The notes: a model not told the origin generated them from the sequence alone. A DNA stretch of 63,792 nt, filler included, from Reticulomyxa filosa (GCA_000512085.1; 13 parts of 13 records of this genome joined end to end with filler, not necessarily neighbours in it); one strand, 5' to 3'. Counted from the whole stretch's first letter, positions 13,001 to 26,211 are shown. Made by a program: numbers and translations.

Positions 13001-15360
13001 TATGCCTTTGCAAAATTGAGTTTTGAAAAGGGGGGGGAGGAAAAATAATACAAAAATCAAAAAAATCTAGGCACTGTTGAAGTTTTTTGGTCAAAGAATT
13101 TCGACACTTGCTCTGACGTATTTGTTCAAGACAAAGGGTAAAATAACAGCACTCAAGTGCTCGAGAACGTCACGTGGTTTGTGGACCACAAACCCACTCG
13201 CTTTCCACGTTAGTTGTTTATCAATGAAATCAATCCATTTTATGCACCCAAACATTGGCAAACAAAAAAAAAATTGTTCTTGCCTTTTTCGTGCTTGACT
13301 GCTTACATTTTTTTCTGTAAAAAATGATAACATTACATCAAGTGTAATCATAAAATAATATACGAATAAAAATAATTCGTACTATGGCTAATTCAAAGAC
13401 CTTTTTGCCATTGCTTGACTTTATTTCGTAGTCCTCTCTTTCTTCGAATGGCCTTGTACTATGCAATGTACGGCAAGGATATTGATAATATGTACTTTCT
13501 GTTTCTGCACACACACTTGTCGCATTTTTGAATATTTCTTTAAAAAAATTGACAAGCACACCAAAAGTTGTACTACGCTCCTGTGCTGTGAAAGTGTCAA
13601 AGTTGAAGTCCTTAAAAAACTGGCAATAGGGTCATAAGAGTATTGTACTTTTATCAAGCTCGACAAAACTTTAGCTGTTGAGCAGTTTTCGTTTTACTAA
13701 ACAGAATGAATATAAATTTCGATTGTAGAAACGCACGAGTGGACAACCCGAGTGTAAGTAGCTACATCAATAACGGGATTGCACCAAGCATGTATACACA
13801 TGAACAAGCGACCAACACAATTCCAAGGCCCTTGCAGGCAGTGCCAGTGTGCATTATATCACCAACTAGCACTTACGACACAAGACTGAAACTATTGGTG
13901 CTAGACGAAATTAGGTGCATGATTGTCCATTTTTTTGTTTTGTTTTTTTAGGTACTTTCGTTTTTTTTTTTGTACAAATGATGCGTATACCTCTCGAAGT
14001 CTACCTTTTTGCTATGAGAGCAACCAGATTCTCACTTGCATGCTTTTTTTTGCATGAAGAGTGATCATTTGAAAGCAATTCAATTCTAGTGCTTTTCTAG
14101 ATTGAAATTAAACAAAAATGGAGTAAGAGTCTATTCTTCTATTTTTTTTATTTAAATGGCTTTTTTTTAGGATAAAAAAAAAAGAAAAGGGCGAACGGGG
14201 AAAAAAAATACAAATATGTACGTATTTACTTTTCTTTTACACAGTACAAAGATCCAAATAATTAGGAGAGAATATGACAAAAAAAAAAAAANNNNNNNNN
14301 NNNNNNNNNNNNNNNNNNNNNNNNNNNNNNNNNNNTTAATTAATTAANNNNNNNNNNNNNNNNNNNNNNNNNNNNNNNNNNNNNNNNNNNNGCGCCTTAG
14401 AAAAAGTGGGAACTTTTCGAAACTGTATTGACTTTAAAAAAAAAATAGATAACGTTTCTCAGCTTCAACCATGTTGAAAAATTGAAATAGAGGTTCAAAA
14501 TTGTGCAAATGAACTCTCGTATTTATCAGATGATTTAGCACGATCATATGCAAACATAAAGAGATGGATTGTAAAGGATACAAACGTATAATCACCAAGA
14601 TAAACTTGAAACCTGGTGACATTTAGTTTTTCATTTTACACAATGTTAATAATGAAGAGATAATTGTTGTTTCTAAAAATGATCAAGTTTGAAAAATTTT
14701 TGGGAAAGGTATGGTGTCACAAATGGCATTCGATTTAACTCCAGTCCTATTTCTGTGTCTTCATATGTTAAACTTGATACCCAAGATAAATGAACAATCA
14801 AGTCAGATCCCAAACTATTTGATCTTAATGCACAACATGATATACATCAATTGGAATATGACCATAGTGTGTATTTTTTTTTTTAAACATGTCCAACATA
14901 AAAACGGCAATTGTTGAAGACGATGACAATCTAAACGTGACAAGTAAAGTTAAGAAAATTGAGGAAGCGAGCAAAAAATACCCTTAAATGTGTTTGCTTA
15001 TATTAAAGGAAGATGAGAGGGGACAGCAAGATAAATCTTTTCAATATTCCGTTACTTTTTTTCTCTACTGCACTTATTTTAGTTTCTTTTTTTTGTGAAA
15101 CAAACAATTACAATCAATAAATTCGATCCGAATTTATGCAATATAATTTTTTCTGTGTAAATAATTCATTAGGTGGACATTTTTTACTCAAACTAAAGAT
15201 CATATGTTGATCTCTAGATTTGCATGGTCGCAAAAAAAATTATTTGCAACGAGGTTTGACATATACTGCTGAAAAAAAAGTTATTTATAAGAACAGTGAT
15301 ATCCTTCCGTTAAATTTGGCAAGAATTGAAAAGTTGAAGTTTGACTTGCTAAGTTGAAAC

Positions 15361-15475
15361 TCTCAGTCAACACCTACCCCTTCCACCCTTCATAGATAAT
15401 AACAATTCGACAATGTCCTCTCAGTCAACCCCTCCATCTACCCCCTTCATGGATAATAACAATTCGACAATGTCC
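15361..15475 (+). repeat. Imperfect ~58-bp tandem duplication
   Basis: tctcagtcaac...cccttcat(a/g)gataataacaattcgacaatgtcc occurs at 15361-15418 and again at 15419-15475. Confidence 0.9.
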
Positions 15476-16728
15476 ACCTTGAATGAGTCCAGTTCATCAC
15501 TCAATGAAGACAATGCTTTCCGCAAGCGTATTGGTATGAAATGGCCTTTATCACAAATACTTAAAGAAGAAGAAGAAATAAAGTCTTGTACAAGACCTAA
15601 GAATTATCAATCCAAAGGAGAAGGAAAAGAAAAATTATCAGAAGCATTGGCAACAGGGGCAGAATCACCAACAGATAGAGAAATTAAAGGGGAAAAACAA
15701 AATGAAGCAAATGCAGCAAGTAATGATAGAGTGGAAGACAACTATCGAGTTTTTGACAACTCAGACGACATAAAGTTTATTCAAGGAGTACGAAAGCGAT
15801 CAAGAAGGATGTGCTTGTCATTTGAGTCAATGAATACATACACGAACAGTGGACTGGACAATCCGGAATTATTTCATGTGGAAAATTCGAAACAATTTGA
15901 TGAATCTTTTGAGAAGGAAAAAGTGCAAAAAGAACGGGTGGATGAAGAGTTACGAAAGCAAATGCAGAAATAATGACGAATACTCAGTCTATTGTGTATA
16001 TATGCATATATATATATATATATATATAAATATATATACATATATTTATTTATTTACTTATAGATCCACTTTGAACCAACAACATCTTATAATGACAAAC
16101 AACAGCCAAACAACAAACACTGATGAAAAAAGTCGAAACATGATGACATTGTCGACGATATTGGACAGTGACGACTCGAACCAAAAGGCGAGCAGTGATG
16201 TCGAAGTTATGATGACAACACTGAACAGACTGTGGAGCAATTCGACGAAAAAGGGTATGATCCAATCATCTCACATGAAAAAACATACAACTTTGGACTT
16301 GACTGAGTCTCAAACAGCAGTATGATTGAACGGAACAATCAAACGATTAATCTATCACAACCATCATCTACTATCAACGTGACACGAACACTAATGTCGA
16401 GTGAAAACTCTAAAGATGAAATGCAAGTGCATCAGGACTATATGTATCATATTATCAGCGATAATTTTACATCGTCGAGCATATAGTCGTATCCTTCACA
16501 ATCTCAGCAAATGCTCCATAATGAAGATGACATTATAAGTTTTCATAGTCATTATCATGACCATGATCGTGATAATGAACAATCTCATACATATACAATT
16601 TCCAACTCAGTTGAATCATATATCAAAGATGATATATTTAATCAACGTATTGTCGCAATTTCATATGTTGAAGATAAAATAAATAATATCTTGGAAAAAT
16701 TACAAAATAATCTAAAATGTAATTATTG
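15413..16728 (+). CDS. Hypothetical low-complexity S/N/E-rich protein, possibly disrupted
   Basis: 186-aa ORF, a (TA)n intron-like segment at ~15990-16063, then short ORFs in shifting frames. No family recognised. Confidence 0.4.
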
Positions 16729-16828
16729 NNNNNNNNNNNNNNNNNNNNNNNNNNNNNNNNNNNNNNNNNNNNTTAATTAATTAANNNNNNNNNNNNNNNN
16801 NNNNNNNNNNNNNNNNNNNNNNNNNNNN

Positions 16829-18790
16829 GTGCATTTTTTGGATTTGGTGTTGTGCTGTTGTTGGAGTTTCAGTCGAACATAGGTAATGTACGTTGTAATG
16901 TTTGTTGGGCTATCCGTTGGGTTGCAAGTCGTTGAAGTTGGAGCATTTGTTAGGTTTGGAATCGGACTGTTTGTTGGACTAAATCGGGCTCTCCGTTGAG
17001 CTGTTATGTCGGACTAAGGCTTGTCGTTTGTAGAAAGTTGGAGCACAGTTGGTGAGCATGTTGGTGTGTTGGAGAATAAGTGGTGATGGAGCCGGTGAAT
17101 CAGTAGGTAATTACTTGGAGCACCCGTTGCAAATAGTTTGCGAGTAAGTTGTGATTGTGTTGGTGACTGCGTTGGAACGTTTGTTGGACTGCCGGTTGGT
17201 GAAAAAGGAAGTTGGACTATAAGTCATCGGGGAATGTTGGCGGTTGGATAGTTCGTTGGGCTGGATGTTAGCGTCCGTTAGAAAAAATGTTGAAGCACCC
17301 GTTGGTGAAAAGTTGGTGATCGTGTTGGAGCATCAATCGGACTGTGTCGGGGCATTTGTTAGAGAATACGTTGGCATCAATTGGTGAGTATGCCGGAGCG
17401 CCGTTGGGAAATAAGGAATATGTTCGTACTATGTTGGGATACTCGTTGGCAAATACACTGGTGAACAAGTTGGCGAGTTGTCGGAAATATTGGTGCATCC
17501 GTTGGTGACTGTGTCGGCACGTTAGTTGTGACTCCGTTGGACTGTTGGTGATAAGTTGTTGGAATGTTGGTGCGCCCGTTGGCGACTCCGTTGGTGCATT
17601 TATTGGTGAAAGTTGGTGAGCACGTGGGTTTGTATATTGGAGAGAAGGTCGGTCTTTGTGTTGGGGCGTCCGTTGTGATTCGTTGGAGAAAATGTTAAGG
17701 TTGGCGCACTGTTGGGGCGTTCGTTGGCGATAAGTGGGACTGGATGTTGATGTATAGTCTGTTAATGTTGGCGCATCGTTGGTGAAAAAGTTGGCGACTG
17801 CATGAGTGCGTTGGTCGGTGACTCCGTTGGCCCATTTGTTGGTGACTGCGTTGGCAGTATGTGGGACAATGTCGGGCATCCGTTGGACAGAATGTCAGTT
17901 CATCCGTTGGAACATTATAGAAAATTTGGCAACTGCGTGTGTGCATCGGTCGGTGACTACATTGGTGAATAGGTTGGCGAGATTTGGGACAATATTGGTA
18001 AGTTCGTTGAATACGTTGGAGTATTCGTTGGAGTATTCGTCAAAGATTCCGTTGGAACACCAGTTGGAGAATACGTTGGGCTGTCTTGGCGATTGTGTTG
18101 GCAGTATGTTGGTGCGCCCGTTGGTGAAGCAGTACGTTGGGCTTGATGTTGGAGAACCCGTGGGAATAAGTTATGACTCGTTGAAGCATCAGTCGGGATT
18201 GTCGGATCATATGTTGGAGCGTTTGTTGGTAGTTGGAGAAAAGGTTGACGAGTACGTTGGAGCTCCTGTTGAGGATAGTTATAGAATATGTTGGTGAGAA
18301 CGTTGACGCGTCGTTGGCGACTGTGCGGATGCATTGGTTGGTTTGGGGCAGTTGTTGGTGATAAGTTGGTGAGTACGTGGGCATATTAGAGCGCTCGTTG
18401 GAGAATATGTTGAAGGTCGCTATGTTGGCGTCAGTTGGGGAATGTTGGAGAAAACGTTGGCGCACACGTTGGTGATTGCGTTGGTTGGCGACTAGCGCAT
18501 TCGTTGGTGAGACGGATAATGTCGGGGGGCATTCGTTGGACAGTATGTCGGAGCACAGTCAGTGATTGTTGGGGCGTCGTGGTGAATACGTTGGGGAGAA
18601 TGTCTGCGCATCCAATTGGCGAATATGTTGACGAATAAGTTGAATGTTGGTCATCGTTGGTGAAATGTTGGAAAGAACGTCGGGCACATGTTGGTGAAAA
18701 TATTGGAGCGCTCGTTGGGGATTTCGTTGGAAAAAAGGTTGACTGAATGATGGTGAGAAAGTTGGAGCATTAGTTGGTGACTGTCGGCGC
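16829..18790 (-). repeat. Degenerate 12/24-bp coding repeat array (core CCAAC; SPTNAPTY/F-like units)
   Basis: Dozens of gttgg cores on the + strand at roughly 12-bp periodicity. The best-preserved unit is SPTNAPTFSP at ~18750-18782. Confidence 0.85.
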
Positions 18791-19942
18791 GCTTGGAAAG
18801 TTTCACAGTTTGTATTGACAAACAAGTTGATTTCTATTTTGGTCACATAAGTTGGGTTATCAAACAAGTGACATGCGCATCATCTGTCGTTGGATTTAAA
18901 ACATGGCCTTTAATCGCCCAAACACAACTCTTTCTGCATCACAAAGTGGAATACCATGCGTATCGGGACCAGTTGAATCACAAATTGGATAAATGACCAA
19001 TAATCGTTAAATTTCGAATATTTCGCCTTGCTTTCATTGATGATTCTTTTTTGGCTATCCAACGTTCCAATGGCACCATCAACTCCATCAGCAAGATATG
19101 CTCACTGAAATAGTTTGTGGAGCAGTCAATGCTCAAAATTTCGTTTCGAATATTTGTGTTCGATGTTCCCTCTTTCAAATCCAATTTTACAACATCATTA
19201 CGTCGGTAGGTGACAATTCCGATTCTTGTGTCAAGTGTTAATCTTGATCCGACATTGTATTCATAAACCAAATCGATCAAATGTTGTTTGAGCTTATTAC
19301 AATTAGTTATAGTCATATTTTTGCAATCATCGACAATAAAAATGACATCATTTGGAATTGCGCACACTGCTGGAGACCGATGATGGGATCTTGGCTTTTT
19401 GTGGGATGTTTGGAGGTTCAGTTGGAGGTTTGTAGGATGCTTGGTTGGTGGTTTTATTGGGGTCATTGGGTGGTTTTGTTGGGGTCATTGGGTGCTTGGT
19501 TGGTGGTCTGTTTAAGTTAAAACGTATTGAATATTTTTTAGGCAAATAAAAAAATGCTATTAGTGGCACAAAAAACAAAACTTGTTTTGATACATAATAC
19601 ATTGCGAAGATCGCCAGTTCTTCAAGGTGATGACTTGATTGGCAGTGATATCACGTTGAGTCGCAGGTTTCAACAAGGAGGAAAACAAATCATTGCAAGG
19701 ATGATCTCTTTCTACAGGAACCCACCAGAAGTCAGTCAATTTATTCCGGAATTTGACACTACGATAACTAGCAAAACAAGGATTTTGATTAGTATCAGGA
19801 CCCGAGAAATAACTTTGTGGCTGTTCATCAGCAAAGCAATGCCATAAAGTTAGTACAAGCTTGTTGCTTGAGTTATACATCAGCAACGCGCATCTAACGC
19901 ATCTCGAATGTGTGTTCTGAAAACGGGTTGTTGCCTTGTGGA
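16829..19942 (-). pseudogene. vWA-like domain(s) + Pro/Thr-repeat (SPTxAPT) mucin-like surface protein, heavily frame-disrupted (pseudogene or error-rich sequence)
   Basis: CAIPNDVIFIVDD...LIDLVYEY...TRIGIVTY (18978-19380) resembles a vWA domain start. A PT linker lies at ~19400-19510. About 2 kb of SPT/APT repeats change frame many times. Confidence 0.7.
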
Positions 19943-20042
19943 NNNNNNNNNNNNNNNNNNNNNNNNNNNNNNNNNNNNNNNNNNNNTTAATTAATTAANN
20001 NNNNNNNNNNNNNNNNNNNNNNNNNNNNNNNNNNNNNNNNNN

Positions 20043-20711
20043 GTCGACAAAGCCGCCGTTGGGCGTGAACCGGGCCGGGACCGGCGTATCGTTCGGGCTG
20101 AACGTGCCGGCGACAGTCAGGTTGTAATTGAATTTGCCTTCGCTACCGCGCACATAGGCGCCGCTGTTGCTCGTCAGCCGCGTGCCGAGCTCGGTGAAGG
20201 CCGCGCCGTTCATCGGCCCCTTGCCGGCCTTGGTGACCATGTTGATGACGCCGCCCATCGCCTGGCTGCCGTACATGGTGCTCATGGGGCCGCGCACGAC
20301 TTCGATGCGGTCGAGGTTCTCGGTGAGGAAGTTGCCGAAGTCGACCGCGCCGGCGGCACTCGACGGATCGCTGACGTTGACGCCGTCGATCAGCACCAGC
20401 ACGTGATTGGCATTGGAGCCGCGCACGAAGACCGAGGTCTGTGTGCCGACGCCGCCGGACTGTTGCACGGAGACGCCGGGGACGGTCCTGAGGACTTCGG
20501 CGGCCGTGCGAAGCTGCCGTCGCTGCATCTCTTCCTGCAGGACCACGGTGTAGCTGGCGGTGACCTTGCTCGGGTCGGTCGGGAAGCGATCGGCCGTCAC
20601 GACCGTCGTGGGCATCATGGCGTCCGGCTCGGTCTGGGCGTGGGCTGTCATGGGTGCGGCCAGAGGCGCCAGGAACGGAAGGACGAATAGAATTCGACGG
20701 ATCGGCGTCAT
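20043..20711 (-). CDS. btuB: Bacterial TonB-dependent receptor, vitamin B12 transporter BtuB-like, 3'-partial
   Basis: Signal peptide MTPIRRILFVLPFLAPLAAPMTAHAQ, TonB box-like TTVVTA, and plug motifs LRTVPGV, VFVRGSNANHVLVLIDGV and RIEVVRGPMSTMYGSQAMGGVIN. GGGAG RBS upstream. Lies directly downstream of a cobalamin riboswitch. Confidence 0.88.
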
Positions 20712-20802
20712 CGACGGATCTCCCAAGACAGAACACGCACAAGGCGCGTCACCGCTCGGTTGACCGTCCCGTTGGATTGTCCCGTCCATCGGAAGAGCGA
20801 CG

Positions 20803-20986
20803 CTATCGGCGGCAGGTCTTCTGGCTCGCGGGTCGCAGCTCCTGCCCGTCTTCCCAGACCAAGTTGGTCCAGTGACGCTGGGGCAGTCGCTCGCCGCTTA
20901 CAGCTGCGGGTACAGCTGCCGATTAGCCCCCGAAGGAGCGACACGGCATTCCCTGTTAGCCTCCGGTTAAGGAGGACCGTCGATAG
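20803..20986 (-). promoter_or_regulatory. Cobalamin (AdoCbl/B12) riboswitch
   Basis: The minus strand reads GACGGT...AACAGGGAA-TGCCGTG...AATCGGCAGCTGTACCCGCAGCTGTAAGCGGCGAG...GTCACTGG...CTGGGAAGACG...CGCGAGCCAGAAGACCTGCCG (B12 box). The 5' ATCGACGG pairs with the 3' CCGCCGAT. Confidence 0.95.
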
Positions 20987-21057
20987 GCACTGGTTAAGCT
21001 TGCGCTTGGCCTCGGTCAATTGCTTTGATGGTTCAAATATCGGGAGGAGACTGCAAA

Positions 21058-21865
21058 ATGTCGATGATTCGCAGAGTCGCCGCGGCGGCGCTTGGCATGG
21101 CACTCGCCTGGCCGGCAGGGGCCCAGGGCATTCCCAAGGTACAGTCCCCGGAAGAGGTGGGGTTTCTCTCGACCCGCCTGAAGCGGCTCAGTGACCGGCT
21201 GAACGAGGGCGTGAAGACAACGAGCTGCCGGGCGCCGTCGTCCTGATCGCCCGCAACGGCAAGATCGTGATGTTCGAATCCTACGGATTCCGGGACAAGG
21301 AAGCCAAGGTCGCGATGACCAACGACACGATCTTCCGCATCGCCTCGATGACCAAGCCGATCGTCACCCTAGCCGCGATGATGCTGATGGAGGAGGGCAA
21401 GCTCACCCTCGCGGACCGGGTGTCGAGGTACATACCGGCCTTCGCCGACACTAAGGTCGCCGTGCCGAAGAAGAAGGAGGACGGAACGGTCGAGATGGTG
21501 CTGGAGCCGCAGTTCCGGCCGATGACGGTGCACGACCTGATGCGACATACGTCGGGCCTGACCTATGGCGCGGTCGGCGCGAATCCGGTGAAGCAGTCGT
21601 ATTTCGACATGAAGGTCGCGGACCGTAGCCAGACCAATGCCGAGATGGCCGACAAACTCGCCAAACTCGCGCTGCTCTATCAGCCGGGCACGACCTGGGA
21701 ATATTCGATGTCGACCGACGTGCTGGGCCGTGTCGTCGAGGTCGCCTCCGGCATGCCGCTCGACAAGTTCATCGAAGAGCGCATCACCAAGCCGTTGAAG
21801 ATGGGCGACACGGCGTTCGAGGTCAGCGCCGACAAGAAGGCGCGCGGCGCACGGCCGATGAAGGG
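21058..21865 (+). CDS. Bacterial serine hydrolase, beta-lactamase class C / family VIII esterase-like, secreted, 3'-partial, one frameshift near 21217
   Basis: GGAGG RBS, signal peptide [22 protein letters not shown], then [22 protein letters not shown] (SxxK), DLMRHTSG and [16 protein letters not shown]. Adding one A in aagacaac restores the frame. Confidence 0.9.
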
Positions 21866-21965
21866 NNNNNNNNNNNNNNNNNNNNNNNNNNNNNNNNNNN
21901 NNNNNNNNNTTAATTAATTAANNNNNNNNNNNNNNNNNNNNNNNNNNNNNNNNNNNNNNNNNNNN

Positions 21966-24900
21966 AAATGTTCGCAAATGCCAATTGCTTTGTGTTTAAT
22001 ATCGAAACATCCATTTATTTCATTGGTCGACCAAATAATGGACAACCTATTGGTGAGATGGCTGTGCAACCCAGACGCAATAGTGCCATTATTGGACAGC
22101 ATAACCAATCACCCAACTCCGTCATTGGGGGACGTGTTCCACGTCCGGATCAAGTCACAAATGCCCAATGTCGCCGACGAAGTGATCACCCTATGGCTGC
22201 AAAAGACGTATCACGTTTCATTGCGTCCTTTATTCACCGTTCTGTCCATTGACGTCATCTTGCTTGCACTTTCGTGTATTTTAACAGAAAAAAGGCAAAC
22301 TTTACATTATTGTCACACTATTTATTTATTTATTTTTTTTTTTGTTCCCCTCCCCACTCCTTCCCCATTCTCCTTTGCTTTCTCCCTCTATGAATGAACA
22401 TGATTGTTTCAAATGACTTTTGATAATCATAAATAATATAATACCATTTGCTTTTGGATTGAATTTTGTTCACCAGCGACTCGTTAGAGAGATTGACAGC
22501 GTGTGTGCATGGGATAATGGCCGTGATGTATCCCTTTCGATGGCAACACATCTTTGTTCCCGTCCTTCCGGAGCAATTCCTCAACTATTTGTCTGCGCCC
22601 ATGCCCTTTGTGATTGGGATCAAAGCTCACGTGGTCAATCACTTGGACAAATACCCCATGAACGAAGTTGTGCTGATCGACCTGGACAAAAACGCCGTGG
22701 TATCCAGCTACACCGAGCTGCATCGGCTGCCGCACGAAACAACCTGGAAGTTGAAACGTGCACTGAAGACGTTGCTGAAAAAGTCCAAGGAACTTATGTC
22801 GAATTCAGATAACACGGAGCTCGTCGCCAATGTCTCCAGTTCCAATTTCAAAGTCAAAAAATTGAAAATTTTTGACAACTTGCATGGTATGTTTACTTTT
22901 GTCACATTTTTTATTTTTTTATTTTTAATGTTGCAATCGTTACAACAATATTGTCATTATGCAAACATGCATATACCTGTGTATAACATGTACATATACA
23001 TACATATATGCATACAAATATAAATATATACATATATATATATATATATATATGTATATAGAAATAGCCAAGGGATGGGATGACTCCGCATTCTTTGATG
23101 CCTTTTTGGCATTCTTCGTGGTGTTTGTCGGCGACTGGCAAAATTACTTTCACGCGCATTCGCCCACCGTGCCCATTCCGCCGTTTCACTTGGCGAGTGA
23201 AGACGTGCAACTGCGAGTGCTGGATGACATCCTCCGAAGTGGCCATCCTGTGGGTAAAACGTTGGCCAAAAAGGTGCGTCCTTTTGAGATTGCGCTAGCG
23301 CAGGGCAGTGGCATCAACAAACAAGAGTTAGCAACAGAAACAACAACAACAACAACAACAACAACGATGGCGACGACGGAGCCTATTGACGAAAGACCCT
23401 CTCATGAAAATGGCGTCGATGACAATCTCGATACCATTGCTTCTCATCCACGACTGTCCTACAGTCGAAGCGAAAGCACTAGTCGAAGTGAAGACCAGAC
23501 GTCATCCATTGTGATAGGGGAGAACGAGGAAGCTACGGAATCGAAAAAGATTCAGCGCAGAGAGGCAATTGTGAATGGGCCCTCCTCTTCGTCGATGCTC
23601 TCTCACACGGCAATGACAACGACAATGATGACAGCAGTCACCTCTACCTCCACTTCCACTTCCACTTCTTCTTTGGGTGGCAAGTACATGGCTGAACTGA
23701 AAAATTGGAAGCACAAATGGCAGAGAGTCGCGGGCAAACGAAACGTGTCCATTGGAGGAGGGGGCAGCTTCAAACTTATCTCCGCGACGGAACGCTTGGT
23801 TCGTCGCACAACACGCAAACAAAACAAAAAGGCTTTGCACATCACTTACGACGAAGAAGTCTTGATCTATTTTCAAAGGATGTGCCAAAGTCAATTTTTT
23901 CAAAGTTGGTTTGTTCGGCAAAAAGAAGATGCCTTGCATCCGCATACTAAATTGCAAGGAATGCAGGTTCATTTATTTAAACTTTTTTTTTTTTTTTTAA
24001 GAATACGTACAATAATAAATTCCCCTTTTTTTAAAAAAAAAAAAAAGGATCGGTTTGATTATGCCATGCGTAATCGCTCATTGTACGGTGGTGCTTCATA
24101 TTCTGGGTGCTTTCGATTTTTAAGGGAAGCCACAATGTCGCATGACAATGTGGCGAATTTGACGATTAATCTGAAAAGCTACGTAGAAGACATGGCAGCA
24201 TTGACGTCAGCAAAAGAAATGATCGAATTTGTCGAAAGGAAGGAAATGCACGCGGAACAATTGGCTTCCGGCGCTCGACATCCTCGTGTGTTTGACGCTT
24301 TGAATAACGTGTTGCACTACCGGCTAAAAAATTGCATTGGCAAAAGTTATCAACACGGATTAATGGGATTGTTTTTGTTGACCTATTTTGTTCAAAACTC
24401 CACTGACCGATATGTCGTTGCCGCTACCAATTTATTTTTCCCGGTTATTTTGCAATTGACGCAGTACCGACATCCCCATGATGACATTCAATTAAAGTTT
24501 AGCTTATCTTTCCCCCTCCCCCCTTTTTTTTTTTGTCATCCTCCTCCTTGTTTCGGAAATCTTCTTTCTCATGAATTGCTTGAATGAATTGTGAACAAAG
24601 AATGTGCAAACAAGCTTCGAAATTGCATCAAATGGTAACAAACATTGACCAATTGAAAAAGACAAGACAGAAAAAGTATGTGACGCTGAAGGACTTGCGC
24701 AGCTTTGAGTTCAAAGAGGAGGACCATTTGGAAGGCACGAAGAAATCCAATTGGATTGATGAAGCCACTGTCGCTGCTAATTTTGTCACAACTAATTTAG
24801 ACAAAAAAGAACAAGATATGATGACCGACTTGCTGGGATTGAGCTCAAATGACTTTGATGACGAGGGGACTGTCTTTTGCGAAGTTAAGTCTAAAAGAAA

Positions 24901-26211
24901 TACAATACTGACAAACTGCAAAAAAAATGTGGTAAAGAAGAGAAAAAAAAAAGGAAGAAGGACAACAACAACAATAATACTGAAACATACAAAAAGATAT
25001 CTCAATTTGACGCGAAAGATCCCAAAGCATACCGTGACAAGATGGTGGCCGGGGAGGTAAAAATGATACCCCCATTCGATCATTTGCATAGACAATTTCA
25101 ACCACAACTTCGGCCCTCTCATCTTTCCAATTTTCGATCTAGCTACGACTCGGCATACTCTGATAAAAAAAAAAAAAAAGCTTCCAATCAAATACAATAT
25201 CCTTCAAATAAGGACATTGCACCTTTCAACTGTTGAGATATATACATATATATTTTTATATGCCGTATAATATGTACAGATATTTCTTCTTAAAATAAAT
25301 TTTCTTTTTAAAAAAAAAAATAACGTATACGTAAGTCTGTTTTGCTTTTATATCTGTTAATGTGTATGAAATAAATAACCACAGCCAAAGACAAGCCCCT
25401 CAATCTACAAACACAAACAACAGTAAAGAGTGAAAACGATATCTTTTTTTTGGATGATATCACAATTTTTGAAGACAAAAAACAAACTAGTTCTGCTAGT
25501 AATCCCAGCCTTAGCTCCAGCATGCCCATGTTTCGGGATTCACACAATGATCCTGACTTTATCGATTTCGATAAAAGTTTTTCAGAAAAAGTTCCTGTGC
25601 CAAAACTCTTGATTGGTGCGAAACAAATAAATACTCAAAACCAACAAGCATCAATTAATAATAACTTGACGAATGACAAGAAAAAAGATTTTGATTTCGA
25701 CTTTTTTCAGACATCAAATAACACGAATCATACAGCTTCCAATCAAGATTCAGTCAAACATCAATCCTCCACGACAACACCTTACAAACCGATCACTCGC
25801 ACAAACACAGGCAATAACAATATTATCTCTTCATTTTCAACCCCTTTAACCATATCTGCGAACAACAATCCTTCAAAGTTACGTAAATCCTCACCATGAC
25901 TTTTTTTTGATACTTTTGCTGAATTTGGAACATATGATAGCGATAAAAACGTTGGACTGTTTTTATGTAATAGGACATTGGAAGACGCCAAAAAACAACC
26001 ACAAGACAATTTCAACAATGTTGATCTTTTTGATTTCTTTAATACTGCGCCCAAGCAGACTTATAACAATAGTAATTACGGTCATAATGTGAATAATGAC
26101 CCACCCAACAAAAACAAAAAAGTGAATGTTCAAGAGCTTATCAAAAGTGGAGCTTACACAAATCAAAATAACTCAAATAATACCCATTGTGATCTCTTCC
26201 AAGGATTATAA
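21966..26211 (+). CDS. DENN-domain Rab GEF-like protein fused to an ENTH-like domain and a disordered tail with clathrin/adaptor-type motifs, 5'-partial, multi-exon
   Basis: DENN core: LSCILTEK|ILFTSDSLERLTACV...YPFRWQHIFVPVLP...LSAPMPFVIGI...VVLIDLD. dDENN: FFDAFLAFFV and SQFFQSWF. ENTH-like: LREATM...LFLLTYFVQNSTDRYV...LQLTQYRH...ASKLHQMVTNIDQLKKTRQK. Tail motifs: DLLGL, DFDFDFF, DLFDFF, DLFQGL*. Confidence 0.85.

Noticed and set aside
16829-18790. Periodic GTTGG repeats as a CRISPR array or telomeric repeat
   Set aside because: There is no constant repeat with unique spacers and no cas genes. The periodicity matches Pro-Thr codons on the minus strand.
25897-25899. In-frame TGA in the DENN gene tail suggesting readthrough or a variant genetic code
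   Set aside because: It lies inside a GT-AG intron (25878-25973) whose removal keeps the frame. Other genes in the window end at standard stops.
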